Assembly: GCA_964353855.1 (NCBI GenBank)
Contig: CAYGWX010000001.1
Location: 139,389 to 203,388, forward strand
Direction: 5' to 3'
Source of the DNA: an uncultured bacterium
GTDB lineage: Bacteria > Edwardsbacteria > CAYGWX01
DNA length: 64,000 nucleotides
Part shown: positions 1 through 5,808 of the stretch, in pieces
Layout: each line of letters begins with the position of its first letter
Numbering within the stretch: the first letter of the stretch is position 1
Translations under genes and position numbers: made by a program
Notes under the pieces: model-generated
The model's database searches: none
What the model saw: the letters and a program-made list of their open reading frames with translations, nothing else
Told to the model about the DNA's origin: nothing

Positions 1-65
1 GGAGGCTGATCAACTGGTTCGCCACCGGGACGTTCGAAGTCAAAGGCTACCACCCGCCGGAGTAG
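1..65 (+). CDS. 3' end of an unidentified gene (partial, ...RLINWFATGTFEVKGYHPPE*)
   Basis: Open frame 3 with GC-rich codon usage, ending TAG at 63-65. Confidence 0.45.
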   Translation, partial: RLINWFATGTFEVKGYHPPE

Positions 66-117
66 GGTCGGGCCTTTCAATATCTCAATTTTTTAAGAAA
101 GGGCCTGCTTAAAGGTT

Positions 118-246
118 CAACAAAGCCAACCTATCACCCGCCAAAGACTTACCTTCCCGCTTTTTAGCTTCAATCCGCTTTCTACATCCCGGTTTTAAAC
201 CACAACCCAAGCTGTAACAAGGCATTATCCTAACACCTCCCGAGGT
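118..246 (+). promoter_or_regulatory. Conserved leader of repeated module, copy 1
   Basis: Motif islands CAACAAAG-nn-AACCT-N10-AAAGACTTA, TTTAAA, AACCCAA and AACAC-n-TCCC-n-AGGT align without gaps to 15415-15543 (constant offset 15297). Confidence 0.7.
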
Positions 247-334
247 GTTCCCGCCAAGTTCCCACCAATTTGACGCCAATTTCACGCCAACTTCACGCCA
301 ATTTGACGCCAAGTTCACGCCAACTTGACGCTAA
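247..334. repeat. 11-bp tandem array, 8 units, consensus nTTsACGCCAA
   Basis: gttcccgccaa gttcccaccaa tttgacgccaa tttcacgccaa cttcacgccaa tttgacgccaa gttcacgccaa cttgacgctaa. Confidence 0.9.
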
Positions 335-354
335 TTATTCCAGCACCAAGGTAC

Positions 355-385
355 TTGACAAAGGAGTGGTAAACACGAGTATAAT
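355..385 (+). promoter_or_regulatory. Sigma70-like promoter with 19-bp spacer
   Basis: TTGACA 355-360, TATAAT 380-385; nearly identical to 15707-15737. Confidence 0.7.
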
Positions 386-410
386 AATCAGCGCAGGCTG
401 ATTATTGGGG

Positions 411-480
411 TTAGACGGTTGGACGGTTCGACGGTTGGACAGTAAAGGAGGTTAATCGGTTAGCCGGTTAATCCGTTCAC
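411..480. repeat. Short degenerate 8-mer repeats (TTnGACGG-type)
   Basis: ttagacgg ttggacgg ttcgacgg ttggacag, then ttaatcgg ttagccgg ttaatccg. Confidence 0.6.
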
Positions 481-535
481 CTAACCAACAAAGCACAAAG
501 AGACGAACGCTTAGTAACTGAGGAAGGAGTAAGAG

Positions 536-1183
536 ATGGCAAAGGTAAGGTCGCCCCTGCACAGCATCGGCTTGCGGGGCCGGATGGCGGACGGGTTCGT
601 GTTCACGGAATGGCGGGGGATCAGCTGCATGCGAACCTTCGTGATGCCCAGCCAGCCCAGGACCCAGAGGAGAGAGCAGGTCTGGAAGACCACGCCTGTC
701 GTGACCCGGGCCTGGGCAGGCCTATCGGACCCGGAGAGAGCACAGTGGGACGCGTTCACACTTCTGGTCAAGCCGATAGACCCCACCCTGGGAAGGGAGA
801 GCCACTGGTCCGGGTACAACGCCTATCTCTCCGTGAACCGGGTCCTGGCCGACGCGGGGTTATCCCTGGTCATCCAGCCCCCGGGCATCCCCCAGCCCAA
901 TCCGCCGGAGAGGTTCAGACTCAGAAATCCAAGCCCGGGAGTCGTGCGCATCCGCTGGGAGCCACTGCCAGCAGGGACTTTGATAGACCTCTGGCTCAAC
1001 CAGGGCAAAGCCTCCCGCAAAGCCTACCCCTCCAAGTTCAACCACCTGGTCTACGCCGACGGCACCACCGGCCTCCATGTCCTCTCGGGAATCCCTGCGG
1101 GAACAAGGGTAGCAGTCAAAGGCCGGGTCGTAAGGCCCGACGGCGGAAAGTCGTACTACGCGCAAGCCGAGATCGTTGTCTAA
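536..1183 (+). CDS. Hypothetical basic protein, module protein copy 1 (N-terminus reminiscent of DUF6266-like proteins; beta-rich C-terminus)
   Basis: RBS AAGGAG; highly similar to 15789-16436 and clearly homologous to 43825-44466. Confidence 0.85.
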   Translation: MAKVRSPLHSIGLRGRMADGFVFTEWRGISCMRTFVMPSQPRTQRREQVWKTTPVVTRAWAGLSDPERAQWDAFTLLVKPIDPTLGRESHWSGYNAYLSVNRVLADAGLSLVIQPPGIPQPNPPERFRLRNPSPGVVRIRWEPLPAGTLIDLWLNQGKASRKAYPSKFNHLVYADGTTGLHVLSGIPAGTRVAVKGRVVRPDGGKSYYAQAEIVV

Positions 1184-1260
1184 ACCCCAAAGGGTTGCTG
1201 ATTTCGCGGTGAGAAATGTGAATTCAGCATAGGGAACCGTTAGCTTTTACTTGCCACCCC

Positions 1261-1290
1261 TTGACAGCAGGCTTACCCTTCTGGTATAGT
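1261..1290 (+). promoter_or_regulatory. Sigma70-like promoter of putative ncRNA, copy 1
   Basis: TTGACA-N18-TATAGT, also at 16443-16472. Confidence 0.7.
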
Positions 1291-1296
1291 AAGGCC

Positions 1297-1440
1297 ACAA
1301 CAAGGCAGCCAAGGCTGGAGTCAGGCAAACCCGGTTGAGGAGGAAGCCTTAAAAGAATTAGACGCTGGAAGAGGCCCCGTTTCCGGGGCGGGTGAAAGAC
1401 AGCTAACATCACCCTATACTCAGCGTCCTTTTCTTTTCCC
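1297..1440 (+). ncRNA. Putative structured non-coding RNA, copy 1
   Basis: Stems GACGCTG/CAGCGTC, GCCCCG/CGGGGC, GGGTGA/TCACCC and AAGGC/GCCTT conserved with 16479-16620 while loops differ; pyrimidine tail; no conserved ORF. Confidence 0.6.
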
Positions 1441-1554
1441 CCGGCCCCCTCGAAACCCCGGTGTCCTGCGCCGTGACGGCTTAAACTAAATAAACAACCA
1501 AACCAACGGGGGCGGGGCATCGCGCCGCCCCCCGGAAAAGGAAAGGCCTCAAAA

Positions 1555-2187
1555 ATGCCTTGGTGGAGTTCAATCCCTTGGATTAAGTTACTTCCTCCCT
1601 TCTTAATGGTCGTGACTTCCTTGGTTAAGGAGGTTCTGCCCAAAGAAAGAAAGGTTTTTAAATATATACTCATACCTTTGCTGGTTCTATTCTTCCTTGC
1701 TACCGTGCTATTTATCGTTCAAGATCATCGGACCTCCATTGATTCAAAAAGGAGGGAATCAGAAGCCACCATCCAAACACATGCCGACCTCGATTCATTA
1801 AAGAGGCTATACGGCCCTATCGCAGAGATCGCCAAAGGCAAATATCCTAATTTAACAGACAAAAATGCCATTCTACAGCTTACAGCGAGAATCGAAGCAG
1901 CTGAGAAGGCTGCTAATCCAGCCCCTTTAGCAACTAGGCTTCGAGGGCTCCTTGAAGAAATTGACCCGAAAATAATCCCGGCGCTCAAGACAGGTCACAC
2001 TGGCTTTGAAGGCGGTATCACTGCATCACAGTTCACACGACTCCAGACAATTGCGAACGAAAGTGGGGCGAAGGAGTACATCAGGATCGATCCAGGGAGT
2101 GTGCGCATGGGCATCGGTATGGGCCCGGAGGGCGTGACATACAACGTAGCCTTCAAACTTAACCCCAAGTTATTACAGCAACCATGA
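1555..2187 (+). CDS. Hypothetical membrane-anchored protein (cargo, lower GC)
   Basis: 210-aa ORF, N-terminal hydrophobic helices, AT-rich codons. Confidence 0.65.
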   Translation: MPWWSSIPWIKLLPPFLMVVTSLVKEVLPKERKVFKYILIPLLVLFFLATVLFIVQDHRTSIDSKRRESEATIQTHADLDSLKRLYGPIAEIAKGKYPNLTDKNAILQLTARIEAAEKAANPAPLATRLRGLLEEIDPKIIPALKTGHTGFEGGITASQFTRLQTIANESGAKEYIRIDPGSVRMGIGMGPEGVTYNVAFKLNPKLLQQP

Positions 2188-2267
2188 CAAATGCTAAAAG
2201 AGCTAGCTGCTGGCCTGCGGGGCCACCTGCGGGTGGCCCTGGATAAGCCCAAAGAGGGAGTATCGCC

Positions 2268-3896
2268 ATGACAGAGACATATAAAAACTTGCTCTACTAC
2301 GGGGACAACCTGGATGTGATGCGGCGGCACATCAAGGAAGAGACGGTTGACCTCGTGTATCTGGACCCGCCTTTCAACTCCAATGCGAATTACAACGTCC
2401 TATTCGCGGAAAAAGATGGGAGCAAAGCCGCAAGCCAGATTCAGGCTTTTACGGACTCCTGGACATGGAACCAGGAAGGCGAATCCACATATGCCGAGAT
2501 TATGACTGCTGGGGGGCGCGTAGCCGATTGCCTTCATGCGTTCCGGACCTTCCTGGGCGAATGCGACATGCTGGCCTATCTTGTGATGATGGCCCCGCGC
2601 CTTGTGGAATTGCGGCGGGTCCTTAAGCCAACCGGAAGCATCTACTTGCACTGCGACCCGACGGCAAGCCACTACCTCAAGATGTTGATGGATGCGGTGT
2701 TTGGGGCGGTGAACTTCAGGAATGAGATCACGTGGAAGCGCACGAGCGCCCACAGCGACGTGGGACAAGGTGCCGTCCACTTGGGACGCATCCACGATAT
2801 TATCCTATGGTTCACGCGTTCTGACGCACCAGTTCGCAACCCGGTTCACCTTCCCTACTCGCCAGAATATATCGAAAAGATATTTCGGTACGTAGACGAA
2901 CACGGTCGGCGTTACCAGACCCAGCCGCTCCATGCGAAGCAACCAGGCGGCGACACTCGTTATGAGTGGAAGGGCCAGTATCCGCCGACAGGTCGCTATT
3001 GGGCGTTTTCAAGAGCGAACATGGAGAAACTGGATAGGGAAGGTCGCATTATCTACAGCAAGACCGGGGTACCCCGATACAAAATTTACCTTGATGAATC
3101 CGCGGGGAGACCGCTACAGGACCTCTGGGATGACATCAGCCCCGTCCACAATTCTCCGAAGGAACGACTTGGATATCCCACTCAGAAGCCCGAGGCGCTC
3201 TTAGAGCGCATTCTGGAACTGGGCAGCAACGAAGGCGATCTGGTGCTTGACCCGTTCTGTGGCTGCGGGACCACGATTGCCGCCGCGCAGAAGTTGGGCC
3301 GCTCGTGGATCGGGATAGACATCACGCATCTTGCCATTAACTTGATCAAGACCCGGCTCAAGGATTCCTTTGGCGAGTCCGCCGCCTACCAGGTGATAGG
3401 CGAACCCGTAAGCGTGGAGGATGCCGAACGGCTGGCCGAGTCCGAGCCATTTCAATTCCAATGCTGGGCGCTTGGTCTTGTGGGGGCCCGGCCCGGGGGT
3501 GAGCAGAAGAAGGGTGCGGACCAAGGCATTGATGGACGGATCATCTTCCAGGGGGAAAAGACAGGAACTTTTGAAAGCGTGATCCTGTCCGTGAAGGCCG
3601 GGCATACCGGAGTTGCACATGTCCGCGACCTGAAGGGCGTGCTGGAGCGGGAGAAGGCAGTGATCGGGGTCCTTATCTCGATGCAGGAGCCCACTGCACC
3701 TATGAGAACAGAAGCAGTCACGGCGGGATTCTACGAATCCGAAACCTGGGGCCAGAAATATCCAAAAGTACAGCTTCTCACTGTGGCCGAACTGCTGGCC
3801 GGGAAGAAGGTTGAAATGCCTCCGATCCGCCAAGTGAGCGCCACGTTCAAGAAGGCCCCTAAGGCGACGAAGAAAGGGGAGCAAGGGGTATTATAG
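2268..3896 (+). CDS. Amino-DNA methyltransferase (beta class) fused to C-terminal Mrr-like restriction endonuclease domain
   Basis: Motif IV DPPF, YPTQKPEALLERI, motif I DPFCGCGT; C-terminal DQGIDG...SVK resembles PD-(D/E)xK. Confidence 0.88.
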   Translation: MTETYKNLLYYGDNLDVMRRHIKEETVDLVYLDPPFNSNANYNVLFAEKDGSKAASQIQAFTDSWTWNQEGESTYAEIMTAGGRVADCLHAFRTFLGECDMLAYLVMMAPRLVELRRVLKPTGSIYLHCDPTASHYLKMLMDAVFGAVNFRNEITWKRTSAHSDVGQGAVHLGRIHDIILWFTRSDAPVRNPVHLPYSPEYIEKIFRYVDEHGRRYQTQPLHAKQPGGDTRYEWKGQYPPTGRYWAFSRANMEKLDREGRIIYSKTGVPRYKIYLDESAGRPLQDLWDDISPVHNSPKERLGYPTQKPEALLERILELGSNEGDLVLDPFCGCGTTIAAAQKLGRSWIGIDITHLAINLIKTRLKDSFGESAAYQVIGEPVSVEDAERLAESEPFQFQCWALGLVGARPGGEQKKGADQGIDGRIIFQGEKTGTFESVILSVKAGHTGVAHVRDLKGVLEREKAVIGVLISMQEPTAPMRTEAVTAGFYESETWGQKYPKVQLLTVAELLAGKKVEMPPIRQVSATFKKAPKATKKGEQGVL

Positions 3897-3953
3897 GTGT
3901 GATGATATACCTGTAGAGGCGGAGCCGCCCACGGGAAAACGAAGGAGCTAAAG

Positions 3954-4253
3954 ATGAAAGAAAAACTTCGAGGGATTGAAGAGCGCGAAGCAAAATGGGG
4001 CCAGAAGATGATAGAGGTTAAAGTGCGTTTCTGGACCAACGGCCTTGCTGTGGTAAAAGGCAATATAAAACCGATGTATGCAAAGGGTTCGGGAGTTGTA
4101 CGAATTAAGAAAAACCGAGCTCACGGCATAACGCCGGGGCGGCCCATCCATTTCAGGTCCTTAATGGACTTACCCGCAAAGATAGAGAAGCTCCTCATCC
4201 AAGAGGGTATTTTGATCCGTCGTAGCAGGCAGATGCACAAATATATCTCCTAA
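3954..4253 (+). CDS. Small basic hypothetical protein (cargo)
   Basis: 99-aa ORF with AAGGAG RBS. Confidence 0.6.
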   Translation: MKEKLRGIEEREAKWGQKMIEVKVRFWTNGLAVVKGNIKPMYAKGSGVVRIKKNRAHGITPGRPIHFRSLMDLPAKIEKLLIQEGILIRRSRQMHKYIS

Positions 4254-4305
4254 CAAAACACAAAGGACTTAAGGGTGAAACCCTAATGGACAAGAGGAGG
4301 TTACC

Positions 4306-5526
4306 GTGAAATTATTCGCGTTCTCAAAGCAACTCACGTTCTGTGTCATTTGCGGAGCAAGCATTTCCATATTACCCAGCCTTGTCGCCGCTGGCTGGGT
4401 CCCTCTAACCTCGGGCACAACCGAAGCCCTTTTCTCCGTCTATTTCCCCGTGGATGCTCTAACCGGGTATGCTGCGGGGGAGCGGGGTATCATCCTGAAA
4501 ACCACGAATGGGGGAGCAAGTTGGGTCTCCCAGAACTCGCCGACAAACGAAAATATTTTCTCCGTCTCTTTTCCCTCTGATGCCTCCACCGGGTTCGCCG
4601 TGGGTGGCTCTGGCAGAATTGAGAGGACCACGAACGGAGGCACGGACTGGGTCTCGCAAACTTCGGGTACATCCGAAATTCTTCAGTCTGTCCATTTCCC
4701 CCTGAATGTCTTAACCGGGTATGCCGTGGGGAATAGCGGTACCATCTTGAAGACCACGAATGCGGGAGCGGCATGGGTTACCCTGTCCTCGGGCACATCC
4801 ACTGCCATTTTAGCTGTCCATTTCCCTACAGATGTCTTAACCGGCTATGCCGCGGGGGGAGTCGGCACCATCCTGAAGACAACGAATGCGGGAGCGGCCT
4901 GGGTCACCCTGACCTCGGGCATACCTGTTGCGCTGAATTCTATCCATTTTCCCGTGGATGCTCTCACTGGGTATGTCGTTGGCTCTTCTGGCACTATCAT
5001 GAAGACCATGGATGGAGGAGGGGTCTGGCTCGGCCAAACATCGGGCACAACCAATTATCTTCGCTCAGTCCATTTCCCCATGAATACCTCAACCGGGTAT
5101 GCCGTTGGGGATAGCGGCACCATCCTGAAGACCACGGATGGGGGAGCGAACTGGTATCCCCAGACATCGGGCACAACCAATCATCTTTGGTCGGTCCATT
5201 TCCCCGTGGATATCTCAACTGGGTATGCTGCGGGGTGGTATGGAACCATCCTGAAGACCACAGACGGGGGGATTGGGGTGGAGGAAAACACAGAGGTTAG
5301 AGGTCAGAGGTTAGAGGTCAGAGTAACGGCAAAACCGAACCCTTTCACCACCTTCGCTCAGGTCCCCGGGCACAAGGGGGAGAGGTTCACGATGTACGAC
5401 ATCGCGGGTAGGAAGGTCGGGACGTATAAGGGAGACCGGGTCGGAGAGGGGCTGGCGCCGGGGGTGTACTTCCTCCGTACCTCAAATAACAATGATAAGC
5501 CTCTGCGGATAGTGAAGGTTAAGTAG
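4306..5526 (+). CDS. Secreted YCF48/BNR-type beta-propeller with short C-terminal sorting-like domain
   Basis: Seven ~43-aa repeats (W..SGT...L.SVHFP....TGYAVG..GTILKTTxGG); GVEE linker; PNPF...YD..GRKV...GVYF. Confidence 0.85.
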   Translation: MKLFAFSKQLTFCVICGASISILPSLVAAGWVPLTSGTTEALFSVYFPVDALTGYAAGERGIILKTTNGGASWVSQNSPTNENIFSVSFPSDASTGFAVGGSGRIERTTNGGTDWVSQTSGTSEILQSVHFPLNVLTGYAVGNSGTILKTTNAGAAWVTLSSGTSTAILAVHFPTDVLTGYAAGGVGTILKTTNAGAAWVTLTSGIPVALNSIHFPVDALTGYVVGSSGTIMKTMDGGGVWLGQTSGTTNYLRSVHFPMNTSTGYAVGDSGTILKTTDGGANWYPQTSGTTNHLWSVHFPVDISTGYAAGWYGTILKTTDGGIGVEENTEVRGQRLEVRVTAKPNPFTTFAQVPGHKGERFTMYDIAGRKVGTYKGDRVGEGLAPGVYFLRTSNNNDKPLRIVKVK

Positions 5527-5604
5527 GAATTAGTGACTGGCGACTAGTTACTTGGAACGGCAAAAGAGCAGGGAATAGGGATCAGGGGTTAGGGACTAGA
5601 AAAC

Positions 5605-5632
5605 CTGGATTCCGGGTCAAGCCCGGAATGAC
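5605..5632. repeat. REP-like palindrome (GTCATTCC...GGAATCCAG family, reverse orientation)
   Basis: ctggattccgggtcaagcccggaatgac; same family as 37657-37877. Confidence 0.7.
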
Positions 5633-5639
5633 GTCATAA

Positions 5640-5667
5640 AAACGGGCCACCTTTCGGTGGCCCGTTT
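5640..5667 (+). terminator. Intrinsic (bidirectional-type) terminator
   Basis: aaacgggccac-ctttcg-gtggcccgttt hairpin. Confidence 0.75.
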
Positions 5668-5717
5668 GATTCTGCAATCCAAAATCCTCAATCCGCGCTC
5701 CGCATTAAAAAGCCCTC

Positions 5718-5746
5718 TTGACTTCGCTTATCAAATATGCTATGCT
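5718..5746 (+). promoter_or_regulatory. Sigma70-like promoter
   Basis: TTGACT-N17-TATGCT. Confidence 0.55.
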
Positions 5747-5808
5747 ATATTTTTACGTTCTGTCCGGGCGGGACAGGATTTCAGCTCTTAATGAGAAAGG
5801 AGCAAAGG

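Noticed and set aside
109-318. Short ORFs over the 11-bp arrays (also 15460-15795, 15492-15674, 15542-15724)
   Set aside because: Translations merely reflect the repeats and are not conserved between module copies
247-334. CRISPR array interpretation of the 11-bp and 21-bp repeats (also 15544-15653, 33738-33935, 44468-44522, 61280-61398)
   Set aside because: Units are directly adjacent with no unique spacers, and no cas genes are present
1361-1430. Hammerhead ribozyme or c-di-AMP (ydaO) riboswitch
   Set aside because: CTGGAAGA...GAAA does not match the CUGAnGA/GAAA core geometry; GACAGCTAAC occurs only in copy 1 and other ydaO elements are missing
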